Source of the DNA: Lophium mytilinum | Taxonomy: Eukaryota | Reading direction: 5' to 3' | DNA length: 64,000 nt | Assembly: GCA_010093605.1 (NCBI GenBank) | Contig: MU004191.1 | Location: 976,816-1,040,815 of the forward strand | Part shown: positions 1 to 13,100 of the stretch, piece by piece | Position numbering within the stretch: position 1 is the stretch's first letter | Layout of the letters: each line of letters opens with the position of its first letter | Translations under genes and position numbers: made by a program | The notes under the pieces: model-generated | Databases searched by the model: none | What the model saw: the letters and a program-made list of their open reading frames with translations, nothing else | What the model was told of the DNA's origin: nothing

Positions 1-239
1 AGTTCTTTAAGGCTATATATCTATCTATTTATAGCTAGTAAATATTTATACTATATCCGCCGCTATTAAATATAATCTTAGTCTAAACTCTCTACTTTAT
101 CTTTCTTCTAGTCTCTACTATCTTTCTTCTCTAGCCTTAATTATCTCTAATAGTCTATTTTTTAGTATAATTATCTCTATTCTTATTATTATAGGTTGAA
201 AATCATTATTAAATAAGTTAAAAATTATAGGCCTTAGAA

Positions 240-3200
240 CTAAGGGTGCTAGTTAGCCTTTAAGTCTACTATTAGCACATTCTTAACTACTATAGTAGAT
301 AAGCTCCGGGGAGAGGAAAACTCTATTTATAAAGCGCGGGACTTAGCCTCTAAAGTTAAGCTAAGATAATAAAAGAATTCTTAAGCACGTTTTCTAATAT
401 AGGGAGAACTAGTTAAAATTTCCTTTTTATTCTATTAAGTAGGCTTTTTTTAATTGGCTTCTAGATAAACTAGAACTTACTTAGAACTTTTATTAGAATA
501 TAGTATTACTAGATAAAGCTAAGCTTAAACGCATATTTAATATATAGGCTAGTCTTAGGGCGGTAGTAATATAGCCTTAACTATAAGTAGAGGTAGGCCC
601 TATATTAAAAACCCCTTTTATAGTAATATCTTTAGATTAATAGGCCCTTTTTACTATCTTAAAGTCTATAGAAGCGCTAATAATAGATCTATCTTTAGAT
701 ATCTAACTATTAAGCTTAATATCTCCGGACGGAAAGTAAATTTTTAAACGCTTAAAGTCTCCGGACAGAAAGTAAATTTTTAAACGCTTAAAGTTTCCGG
801 ATAGAAAGTAAATTCTTAAACGCTTAAAGTCTCTAGATAGAAAGTAAATTTTTAAATACTTAAAGTCTCTAGACGGATAGTAGATTATTAAACGCTTAAT
901 ATCTCTAGATAGATAGTAGATTTTTAAACGCTTAATATCTCTAGATAGAAAGTAGATTTATAAACGCTTAATATCTTTAAATAGAGAGCTACTTTTTATT
1001 TACTTAATATCTCTAGATAGAAAGCTATTAGTCTTAGCCGCTAGTTAATATTTAGATAAATTTAATAAAGTAGCATTTAATATAACGCATAGAGTAGTAC
1101 TAACTCTACTAAAAATATTACTAATAAAATTTATAGTTAGTATAGTGCTAACTTAAGTTATAGTACTAGGTAATATACTTAAAGGCGTAATAGTAATCGG
1201 CTTAGAATAGAGTAAGTCTAGTAAGAATAAAAATAAATTAGAAAGTAATATTCCCCTTACTAGTATTAGTACCTCTAATAATAAGGAGAGCTTTAATAAT
1301 AGTAGCTTTTAGTTAGATTTTAACATTCCTACTACAGATAGTAATAATAAGTAGTAGCTACTAATAGTAATCTAAGTTCTCTTAATAAAGAGAATAATAG
1401 TAGTAAGAAGTTAGATAACCTCCGCGCTAATTATTAGTCTAGTTAACTTAAGTTCTAGATAAACTCCGCAGTTAATATACTAAGTAAAGCCCGGACCGAG
1501 CCTAAATATAATATAGCTATAATAGTGGCTAAATTTCTTAATATCTAGTAAGAGGGATTGCGGAGATTTACCTTTAAGAACCCTATCCGCTACCGCCTAG
1601 AAATTAAAGTAGGCTAATAATAACTTAGCCTTAATTTAGTTAAAATTATCTAGCTTATACTATTATAGTATAGTAAAATTTAGATTAACCTTACTTATAT
1701 ACCTAGTAGTCTAGGGTATAATAGTAATACTAACTTTACTAAACTAGGCGCCTAGATTAGTAATAAAATAATAGGGCTCTTATTAGCGTGCTTTCTTAAT
1801 AGAAGAGCTAATAATCTTAATAAAGTATAGCTAGATCTAGCCTCTTATTTCTATAACTTTATAGGTTCTATTTTAAATAATCTAAATAGGTACTTAGTAT
1901 TAGAAGAAGCTTATTATAATAGGTGTAATATTCTAGACTATACTATATATAAAGTTAGAGTCCTAAGATAAGTAGAGCTTAGAGACTTAGAATAAGTTGC
2001 GTATATTATTAAAGACTACGTTAGTAGGCTCCGCGTTTTAGTAATAGTAAATAGTATTATTTTCCCTATAGCTAGTAATAAGTCTTATTAGATAGTAGCT
2101 TATATTTAAGTATATAATAAGAAGATCTATATAAAGCTTTATAATTTCTTACCGGGGTATAGGCTAAAGAGATTAAAGCTAAAGAGACCTATATACTATA
2201 GGGCGGAATAAGATCTTCCTTATATTATATAGTTACTTAAACTTATACCGGGCTCTTATTTTTAGCCTTATAAGGTTAAGAATAAGGTAGTCTTTCTATC
2301 TTATAGGGAATAGTTTAATTCGGATAATTATAGACTAATTATTATCCTGCACGCGTTTACTTTACTTAATAGTAGAACGCCTACTAAGGCTATATTTAGT
2401 AAAGAAGAGAGTACTAAATTATATAAAATTACTATTTATAAGTTTTATATATAATTAAGAGACTAAGGTAACTTTAGTAAAGCTATTATAGAGTTTAAGT
2501 AGAGACTTAAAAATTATATTATTATTCTAGAGCCTACTCTAGGCTTAGATATTTTAAGCCAGACAATAAGTAAACTTAGCTAGTCTACCTCTAACTATAA
2601 TACTATAGATACTGCTCTATCTTAAATAGATATTAATTTACTATTATTACTTAGCACTTTTAATAACTACTACCTTAATATAGCGGCAATCCTTTTAACT
2701 ATTAGATATAGCAGTACTAAAAGTAATATAATTAGTATAAATAATACTATAAGAACTAAGAGTATAGTATAGAGATAGTAGACTATTTATAGGCCTATTA
2801 ATAAAACCTATAATTTCTCTTATAGTTTTACTAGTTTTAAGAATATAAATACCTACCTTAAGTTAACTACTAAGCCTACTATCTTTTAGGTAGAGTATAA
2901 GATACCTAGTAGAACTGCGCAGGTAGGTATCTTTAAGGGAATATATAATGCAAGCGTTTAAGAGTTACTAAACCGTATTAATAGATAACTAGATAAGTAG
3001 ACTATTCTAGTACTTTAATATAGTATTAAAGCTTTATCTATAGATATTAATAGCTTTAAATAGGCGATATAAATCTAGACTAATATTAATTTCTATTTAA
3101 CCTTAATTTTACTCTAGAGAAGTATTTAAGAGACTTTAAGTAATCCTAATAACGCGGAGTTTATACGCAGAGTATATATTAAGAATAGGGCCTAGCTAGC

Positions 3201-4302
3201 TTAGGCCTACTTTAGCTTTAAATACCTAGGGCTAGTACATGCCCTTAATTAAACTAAGGAGATAGTAGATAAGCTTAATTATTAATAGAGGAATAAGGTT
3301 CTAAAATATTAGTAACTAGTAAGAGTTCTTAACCTATATTCTACCTAGTATATTACTAAGTATAAAGTATCTAAATAGAATAATAATAGTCTTAATATTA
3401 GAATAATGCGAGTAAGAAAGAGAAATACTAGCTATTAAACGTATCTTCTACTCCCGTATTAGAGGGAAGGGTAAAATAGTAGTAGAAACACGTTTCCTAT
3501 TAAAATTCTAAACGCGAGTAATAGCGTTATCTATAGAGAGTATACTAGCTACCCTTACTTTAGATATATATACTATTATTATATTACTTATTCTACTAGT
3601 ATTACTTTACTAGAGAAGCGTAAGAGGTTTAAAATATAGATAATAGAAGAAGACGCGCTACTCTAGAAATATAAGAAGTTAAGATAGTAGACTATAGAAG
3701 AAGACGCGCTACTCTAGAAGCTAGTAAGATATAGCTTAGAATAGTTAGAAGTAGCTAAATATTTTAATAGGCGATTATAGTTAGTATTACGCGCGCGTGC
3801 TCTCTATTAGAGTTATAGACTTAGAGCTAGTAATATTTCTAAAATAGATATAAAGAACGCCGACTAGTTAATAGAGGTAAAGAAGCTACTTATAGAATTA
3901 GTAGGTAATTAATATAGACTAACTTAGTATAAAATAGCTATATATTTTAGTAGATATTTAGTAAGTATAGTCTATATAATATATAGTAGGCTTAGTAGAT
4001 AAAAGCTAAATATAGGTAATATAGTAAGTAAGCGGTCTAGAATCCTATAAATAACTAAAGAGAATAAGCTACTTAATAAACTTACTAGTAATAAATAAAA
4101 TATATAGGATTAAATTACTATATATTTTCTAGGTTATATAAATTAGGTATATAAACGGCGCTTACTCGCATTAAAGAAATTAAAACCCGGATACGCTATA
4201 AGAACTAGTAGTAAACGTTGCGCTTATTACGCTATATCTTATAGCGCTAACTCTAATAGTAATAACTCTAATAGTAATAACTCTAATAGTAACTCTAAGT
4301 AA
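240..4302 (+). pseudogene. RIP-inactivated large ORF with C-terminal Myb/SANT repeats (5' end approximate)
   Basis: Frame +1 from 3637, reading TAG/TAA as W/Q, gives W-T-x-EEDALLQKLVR-x-GLEW-x-EVA-x-YF-x-GR. Two further repeats follow (W..E.KKLL.ELV...W...A.YF and W..KE.KLL..L......W..I..YF.G.....C.RRL), then an acidic D/S-like tail and TAA at 4300-4302. The 36-bp repeat and the sampled 2161-2430 segment are in the same frame. Confidence 0.7.
715..1025 (+). repeat. 36-bp tandem repeat, ~8-9 copies (12-codon unit, de-RIP approx. VSGQKVDFQTLE)
   Basis: Unit TAAACGCTTAAAGTCTCCGGACAGAAAGTAAATTTT repeated with mostly transition differences. Confidence 0.9.
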
Positions 4303-5591
4303 GTATTTACGCCTATAGTCCCTAGTTTATTAAAAGTCTACTTAGAGTTTACTTTAGCGGAGTTTATAAATAAATTATTATTAGAAATATAAGTACGTAT
4401 TACAAGCGCTAATTATAGTATAGAATAGGTTAGTAACTTTTACTAGCAGTAAGAGTTTAAGTAATTTAGAGTAGGTTAGCGGGCGAATTACTTAAAAGGT
4501 ATTTATATAAGATAGCACAGCTATATAGCTATCTTCTTAGTTATATCTAGTAAGAGGAAGAAGAGAAGAGGGAAAAAAAGAGAGAGTTAGGCTAGTAGAT
4601 TAAAATTGCGTTAAATCCGTTCTAAACTAATACTCTTATAGAATATTAATCTTCTAGCTAGGTATATAGAGTATAGAGACTACTTTTCTTTTAGTAGTAA
4701 TTTCTATCTAACTCTACTCTATAACTAAGATACTCTAGTCTCTATACTCTATATTACTATCTTAGCCCGGCCCTCTTTTTCTAATAGTAACGACTAATAC
4801 TACTATATAGACTAATAGTAAGATTTACTTACTAAACTTATTTTAATGTCTAGTCTCTACTAATATAAAATCTTTTAAGCCTAACTAATTAAGCAGTATT
4901 TAACTATATAAGTAACTATTCTAAAACTTATATATACCTACTTAATACCTTCTTCTAGTAATTAGTCTACTAGAATAGTAAATATAAGTTAATATCTCTA
5001 TAACTCTAGAAGAGACCCCGCTGTAATTAAACCTAAAATTTAGTAGAATTTAAATCCTAGTTATATAATAGTAGAAGATCGGAGGTATTTTAAAATTAGT
5101 TATATATTTTAAACTATGTTAGAGAATTTAGACTAATTTAAAATAAACGTTAATTAAGTAGAATATTATTATTAAGTATTAAGAGGGAAGGTGCTAGAAG
5201 ATATATATATTGCCGCAGTTAGAAGTAGAATAAGAGGTAGTGCAACTCTAAGAAAGAATAGTATAGATAAGGCTAGCTAGGGATTTTAAGAGAATAGTAT
5301 ATACTAAGACTAGAAAATAAAGTATATATATTAATAGTAGTTAGATATTAACTATATAGATAGTTTAAGCGTATAGTCTAGATACTAGAAGAAGGCGGAT
5401 AAAAGAAAGGAAAATAGACTAAGAAGATAGTTTATTAGTTAATTACTACCTGCAAGCTACTAGTAGAACGGGTAGGTTAGTAGTATAATAGAAAGAATAG
5501 TATAGAAAATAATAAATATATAATAGAAAATATTAGAGTTAATATAGACTTAAGTTAACTATAAAGAGATAGAAAGAGGCGCGGCAGGGAA

Positions 5592-5594
<3 letters not shown>

Positions 5595-5648
<54 letters not shown>
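5595..5648. repeat. (GA)n microsatellite, followed by short (GATAA)n
   Basis: Seen directly. Confidence 0.97.
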
Positions 5649-5653
<5 letters not shown>

Positions 5654-5899
5654 GAGATAAGATAAGATAAGATAAGAGGGAAGAGAAGAGGAGGGCGGGG
5701 GTTAAGGAGTAACTACTATATAAGTAACTAACCTACATATTAAATAAGCTAAGATAGTAATAACTAGTAAGTTATATTATCTAAAAATACTTGCTAATCT
5801 TAAAACTAATTAAAATAATCTAGATATTATTACTATTTTATATTATCTACTAGCTATATCTTATATAACTAATAAATATATAGTTACTAGTTATAAGCT

Positions 5900-6950
5900 A
5901 TACTACTAACCTTTATATTTAGAAGAAATAAGACTAGCGCTACTTTTATAGAATCTACTAAAGAGTTATACCTAAGCTAGCATATTCTTCTTTTCTTTAA
6001 TCCGCGAAACCCTAATATATTAAGAACGGTAGCCTTTAAACTTTAGCTTTCTTTTTTCCTATTATAGATAAGTTAATAGCCTCTTATCTCTAACTAACTT
6101 TAACTCTTTTTAACTTTATTTTACCTTAGATCTACTTTCTCTACACTCTTAATAATACGGCTTTAATTAGACTACCTTAAACGCGGGTCTAAGTTTAGTA
6201 ATTATAGTATTGCATAGGATACTAAATTAACCTAATATAGTAAAAGCGCGCTCTATCTATTATAGTATGCGATGCTAGCACTCTTATAGCTTAGAAATTT
6301 ACTAATTACTTCTACCTATAGTCTAGAAACCGGCGAGACTTATAGAAATACTTCCCCTTAATTTAATAATAGAGATATAGAATAGAACTTTTAGAGTTAC
6401 TAATAGTTATCTATATTCTATATAGCGTTATACTAGATCTATACTTCTAATACTTTAAGGTAAGCCTAGCAGCTACTCTAACGCTATTTTTAATATCCTC
6501 GGGGACTATATTCTAGGCGCTAGAATTTATAGTTATTATATATAATAATAGTTAACTAGTAAGCTCTATATATATAAGGTTATTATCTAAGCTAATATAA
6601 AAGATATTCTTCTTACTAAGACCTAGAATACTATATATATTTTTATTAGAGAAGTTACTATTAATTAAAGAGACTACTATAAATAGGCACCTAGAGATTT
6701 ACTACTATTTACTAAACTACTTACTTATAGTTTTAGAGCGCGCCCGTTATATACTAATAAAATTCGCTCTTAGAGACTTAAGTACTATCTACTAACCTTC
6801 TAATTTACTTATTATAGATTCTAATATCTACTATAATTTAAACTACTATTACTAGGGTTAGTTTATATTTAAGAGAAGAAACTCTAGTATAATAAGAATC
6901 TTAAGGCTACTAACGGGGTATAGGTGTCTAGAATATATAATCTAGTAAAA
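5900..6950 (-). pseudogene. possible second RIP-inactivated ORF, product unknown
   Basis: One minus frame reads protein-like after W/Q restoration (e.g. VPEDIKN.V.VAARLTLK...GKYF.KSRRFLD). No family recognised. Confidence 0.3.
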
Positions 6951-7173
6951 ATTAATATAATAATTAGATAAAGATAGAAATATAAATAGATAATAAAGGT
7001 TAAAAATAAATAAAATTATTACTAACTGCGGTAAGTTCCATCCGTTACGTAATAAGTAAGGCTTAGCAGTTAGAGCCTTATTCTTATTTATTCCCCTCTT
7101 TATCTTATCTCTCTTTTAGGCTATATATAACTCTACTCTATATAGAATATTAGTAAAGTACTAAAACTTAATA

Positions 7174-8982
7174 TAATAATAGGTTCTAGCTTAGCTTTTT
7201 TACTAGCTTGCCTAGAGTTCTTAATTACCCCTACTACCTTATCTTTAATTTCCTCTCTCTACCTCGCCCCTTAAGCCGCATAATTTATAAAGCGTTAAGC
7301 TATATAATCTATAAAGTAATAATATACCTATATAGAATATTAGTAAAGTACTAGATTTAATTTAATAATAGGTTTTAGCTTAGCTTTTTTACTAGCTTAC
7401 CTAGAGTTATTTATTTAATCTTATTATATTTACTACTTTATAGCTTATAGTTTAGACGTTTTCCTCTTACTTATAGATCTACTATATTTTAGTATTATAT
7501 AGTATATTGCCTTTTATAATAGTCTATCTATAGCTAATAATAGTAGCAATAACGGTAGATTTAGTAATAGGTTTTAGCTTAGCTTTTTTACTAGCTTGCC
7601 TAGAGTTATTTACCTATCTTTATTATACTTTCTAGTTTATAGCTATTTTAATTACCTTCCTTAAAAGCCTATTAATAATAAATAGAGGCTGTAATAATAG
7701 TAGGTTAGATAATAGGTTCTAGCTTAGGTTCTTTACTAGCTTACCTAGAGTTATCTTATTATTTATTATATACTTAGAAACTATAAGCTACTATTCTTAT
7801 TTGCAACTTAAACTATTAATCTTACTAATACTACCTTATCTAGTAGCACTAGTCGATAAATAATATAGCTATTTTCTACCCTATCTATATTCTAGTTTAT
7901 ATAACCTATTCCTCTTTAATTAGTATAAACCGCTAGTAATTTTACAGTTAGGTAATAATTCTTAGCTTTAAACGCAGGAGCTCCCTCTATAACTACTCGC
8001 CCGCTATACTTCTACCTTAGTAAAAGATACAGAGCACTAATAACGTAAAAGCGGATTAACTAGATAATAGATTTTAGCTTAGCTTCTCTACTAGCTTACC
8101 CGGAGTCTTTATTCTACTTCTATTTTAAATTATTCTTATATATATTGCAGGCTATTCCCGCTATAAAACTAGACCCTAAATATCTTATTAGACTAAGCTC
8201 TACTAGTATCTCGGCCGATAACTTTAGTAGTTTCTATTTATCGACTAAATCTATATAAGTTATTAAGTTAGCGTTAAGATATATAATATTAGTAGTCTAT
8301 CTTACTATTACTAGGTAGTAGATAGGAGGCTAAGATCTTTTTTATACTTATATTCTAGAAATCCTATTACTTATAACTATCCCGTTACTCTTAAGACGGC
8401 AACTTAGTTAATTTAATAATAGGTTTTAGCTTAGCTTTTTAGCTAGCTTACCTAGAGTTATTTTTCTTTCTTCTTCTAATATTCTAAATTTTCTCGCGCA
8501 GTTATATTAATTCCAGCAGTTTTAGTAGTCTTAGTAGTTTTAGTAGTTTTAACTCTCTACTATTTTCTAATATCTTCTATGGCCTCCTAAAGTTTCTTTT
8601 ATAGATATTCTTATCTATTCGTCTTATTAATTACTTTTAGTTTCTTATTCTATTACGTCTCTTTTATCTACTTAGCGTAGGTTTATACTCTTTATTTATC
8701 TTATTAATTACTTTTAGTTTCTTATTCTATTATATCTCTTTTATCTACTTAGCGTAGGTTTATACTCTCTATTCGTCTCATTAATTACTTTTAGTTTCTT
8801 ATTCTGCTGCATCTCTCTCTTCTACTTAGCAAACTGTTAACTTAAATGTCGATTTAATAATAGGTTTTAGCTTAGCTTTTTTACCGGCTTGCCTAGAGTT
8901 ATTAACTACTAGTTATTATTAACTTAAAAGTCGATTTAATAATAGGTTTTAGCTTAGCTTTTTTACTAGCTTACCTAGAGTT
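7174..8982. repeat. array of eight 46-bp direct repeats with variable-length spacers
   Basis: TAATAATAGGTTYTAGCTTAGCTTYTYTACYRGCTTRCCYRGAGTY at 7174, 7363, 7562, 7707, 8062, 8414, 8855 and 8937. Confidence 0.92.
8610..8830. repeat. 77-bp tandem repeat (~3 copies) inside one spacer of the 46-bp array
   Basis: TYATTAATTACTTTTAGTTTCTTATTCT recurs at 8624, 8701 and 8778. Confidence 0.88.
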
Positions 8983-10142
8983 GTTAACTACTAGTTATTA
9001 TTAACTTAAATGCCGGTTTATTTTTCTTTTAGATTTTACAGTAACTTATAAAGATGTCTATTTATATTCTTATACTCTTACGCTTTTAACTTTCTTATTT
9101 TCTTTTCTTTTAGATTTTATAGTTAGTTATAAAGATATCTATTTATATTCTTATACTTCTTTATACTTTTAACTTTAAGGGACGGACTTTAAATCTATTA
9201 GTAGCGGAATAGATATATAATAGAGATTTACAGCTACCCGCTATAGATAACTTAGTAACTTCTAGGCGACTAAGATTTAGAGATAAAGGGGGCATATATA
9301 TATATATAAAATATATAGTAATACTTTACTTAATTATTATCTTATACTTTATTACCTTCTTTAGAAAGTAATTAGTATACTCCTCCGGTTCTAGCTAGCC
9401 TATTATATAATCTACGCGCTTCTCTACCTAGCTCGCCCTCTCTTTATGCCCCTTATATAACCTCTTATAATTAATCTACTTTCTTATACTTAATCTCTAT
9501 ATTATAACTATAACTTTAGGTTATATTACTAACTTATATACTAATTTTTTATAACTACCTCTTTTTCTCTATAGCTTTATTACTATATTAATAATTACTA
9601 ACCTACTACCGCCCTATTAGGTAATAGACAATTCTTACTACTTATTATATAATACTAGATAACTAGTAATATATAGTAATATTATTAATAGTTGCGTAAA
9701 CTTATACGCGCCCTTTTAGCTAAGTACATGCTTCTATAAAGGCTAGTCTTCTTAAGTAATCTTTAATATGCACTATTCCCTCCCCCGTTATACTATAGAT
9801 ACAATCTAATATTATAGTTATAGTATAGAGAAGCTTAGTAGTATAAGATAACTAGGTTAAATTTAAGAGGTTATATAAGGAGTAGAAAGAGAGGCTTCTA
9901 GAAAGGAACTATATATATAGAGAAGAGAGGCGCGTAGGCGCTAGGTAGGCTAGTATATAGGCGGTACTAGGTAATATAATAAGTATAGAAGTAGAAGGCT
10001 AGTAGCTAGTAACGGGTAAATATATAACTAGAGAATAGGGCATAATCTATTATAATCCGCGCTCTAGTTTTAAACTAGCTAATAACTCTATTACTAAAGA
10101 ACTATAGAAGCTTTTTAAAGAAAAAGCTAATATACTTACTAA

Positions 10143-13100
10143 GGGGAGAAGTTTTAATATACTCTCTTTTTACTCTATATATACCCCTTTTTTTATCTAT
10201 CTATACCCTTCTTATATCTAATCTTTTAATTAGCCTAGAGGGCTTAGATTACTACTCTAGCGCTTTATAGTAAGGCTATATAGCCTTTCTATTTTATTAT
10301 ATATTCTTACTATTTTTAATAGCCTATACTTAGCTATATATAAGGCTATAGAGAAGGCTATAAATAAAGCTATATATATAGGCTATATATAAGGCTAAGT
10401 AAGGCTACTTATAGTAAAGCTATATAGTATATCTATTTTACTATATATACTTTCTATTTTCTATAGTATATATAGGCTATTATATTACTATCTATATATC
10501 TATATATCTATAAGTATACTAAAATAGTTAAATTATTACCTTATTATAGCCTCTTTATATTAAACCTAGCCCCTCTATATTACTACTACGCCTCTCTAGC
10601 TATTTTAATCTATTAACCCCTCTATAAACTAATTATATAATACTATCTAATATTAGAGCTTCTTTTAAGAAAGTAGCGGCTTCTTATAAGAAAGTAGCGC
10701 TAGTACTATCTAAGGTTAAAAAACTAGCTAAGGCTAAGAAGCTAGCTAAAGCTTAGAATAAGCGCTATTATAATACTATATAGCCTCTTTTTTCTTTCTA
10801 AATATTTTATTCTTTATACTAGGCGGCTAGCTATACTTTTTAGGTATAGTAGTAGATATAGTAGTAGGTATAGGCATAAATATAGTAGTAGAAGGGGCCT
10901 AGCTATAACTATATACTTAAACTTAGGCGGATTAGTAAGTAAATTATTAAATTCTATAATAGCTAGTATATTAGCTAACTAAAAAGTACTCTAAGTAATA
11001 GAAGCTAGATAGAGGGCTATAAAAATAGGTAGTTCTAGTAGTAGAACTATTAGCGGGCGTTCTATAGATATATCTATAGGTCTAGCTACTATATCTATAT
11101 CTATAGTAATCTTAAATCTTAATAGCTCTCTCTATATATTATTATAGGTATAATAACCTCTTTTCTTAGTAGTAGGGCGGCTATAGTAACGCTTAATAAT
11201 AGTAGAATTAAGTACCTTCTAGAAAGAGGTAAAAGAAATAGCTAGCTAATATACTTCTAGCTAAATAAACTACTAATAGTAATCTATCTAATCTAGTTAT
11301 ATATAGTATATAGAATCTAATTAATTTATAAGCGCCTAGTATAGAGAATTATAAAGCTTATAAGTATATAGTATACTATAGATATTTTTAAAGATTTAAG
11401 TATAGTTATATAGGTTATATTTATTTAATTTTACCTTTTTAAGTTACTTATTAAGTAGAATAAGCGCCTATAGTATTACTTTTCTAAATAGATTATAGAA
11501 CTTCTTTTTATTAATATTATAATAAGTTCTAGTATATAGCGCTATCTTAAGGTTCTTATACTTTATTTTAGTAGTAAGAATAAGGTTTTATATATTAAGG
11601 AGAATGTTAAATAAATAGCTAGTTAATATCTAGAGAAAGCCTTTAAGCTAGCTATACGCGCCCTTATTTTATAATATAACTCTATAAAAAACTAAATTAG
11701 TATTATATACCTTTACTACTTCTTTATTTCTTAATTATTCTTTAAGCTATACTCTTATTCTTTTTAGCGCTACTTATTTAGTATATATATAGACCCTATA
11801 TAAAGTTTAGGTATTAAATTTAAATATCTTAGTATTAAGAAAAATTACTTATATAGTTCTAAAGTACCGCGCTATATAGGTATAGTAGGTAGCCTAAATC
11901 TATCTATATAGCTACTACTTATCCTCTATATACTTTACTAGATTAGGGCGCTTCTTATAGTTATTAAGTAGCTTCTTCTAAGTCTTATTAAACTATTCTA
12001 TAACCTCTAGCTTTATTATAGTAGTTTAATAGGTAATAAAATTACTCTTTTTCTTATACTACTTCTTCTTCTTAGCTATCTACTACTCTTCTATATTATT
12101 CTCTATTAGCGCATTAGAATAGCTTATAGAAAATAATAGTTTCTTTTTATATATATTAACTAGCTTAGTATTAATATTCTTTTTAATATACTATATATAG
12201 AGAAGGTGCTTAACTTCTAGCTATTATATATATAGTGCGTTTCTTAAAGCTTATTCTTTATCTATTAAGAAAATATATAGAGTAATAGAATAGCGCTTAA
12301 AGAGCTTAAAGAGCTACTATACTATCTAGTTATAGTTTACCTTCTTTTCTTATAGAAGGAAATAGTAGCTAATTTTAAAGTTATTATTTATATAAGTAAC
12401 GCCTATAATATATAGAAAGAGTATACTAAATTAGTTAGTTTTATAGGTATAGTCTATTAATATAATATTATAGTTTAATTAAAGAATCTTAATAGAATCC
12501 GGGTATATAAAGAAGAGGTATTTAATTTAGTTCTACTTATTCTTTATAAAGTTATAGAAGTACTTTCTATTATAGCTATTAGATACTAGGAATATAGAGG
12601 TTTCTAATATATTAAGAAGCGCCTAGATAGGCGTAAGGCTATTAAGAAGCTTCTTCTAGTAGCGTACGCACTTATTCCTAATATCTATAAGAGTAATAGT
12701 TACTTTCTTTTTAATAAGCTTTATATATATTTCTATAGGCCGCATTCTACTTAATATATTAGCTTAAATAAGGTAATTTATTAATACTAAGCGCTTTCTA
12801 TTATATATAACTACTAATAATTTAAGTATAGAAAAATAGTTATTATAAGAGGCCTCTATTATCTTCTATAGCTATATATATTTACTATTAAAGCTAGAAA
12901 GCTACTAAGTAAGAGTACTACTTATCTTATAGTTTACTCTATTAGTAGAGATACTATATATATATATAGTAGACTCTATAGTACTACTAAAGTAGTATTA
13001 AAACTATACTTTCTTTACTTTATAGCCCTTTTTATTTTTCTTTAAGTAGAACTTTATAAGCCTATAGCCGTGCGCTAATATATATACTTAAAGTACTTTC

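Noticed and set aside
7174..8982. True CRISPR array
   Set aside because: Eukaryotic context, spacers 36-395 bp and highly unequal, some spacers share sequence, and no cas genes.
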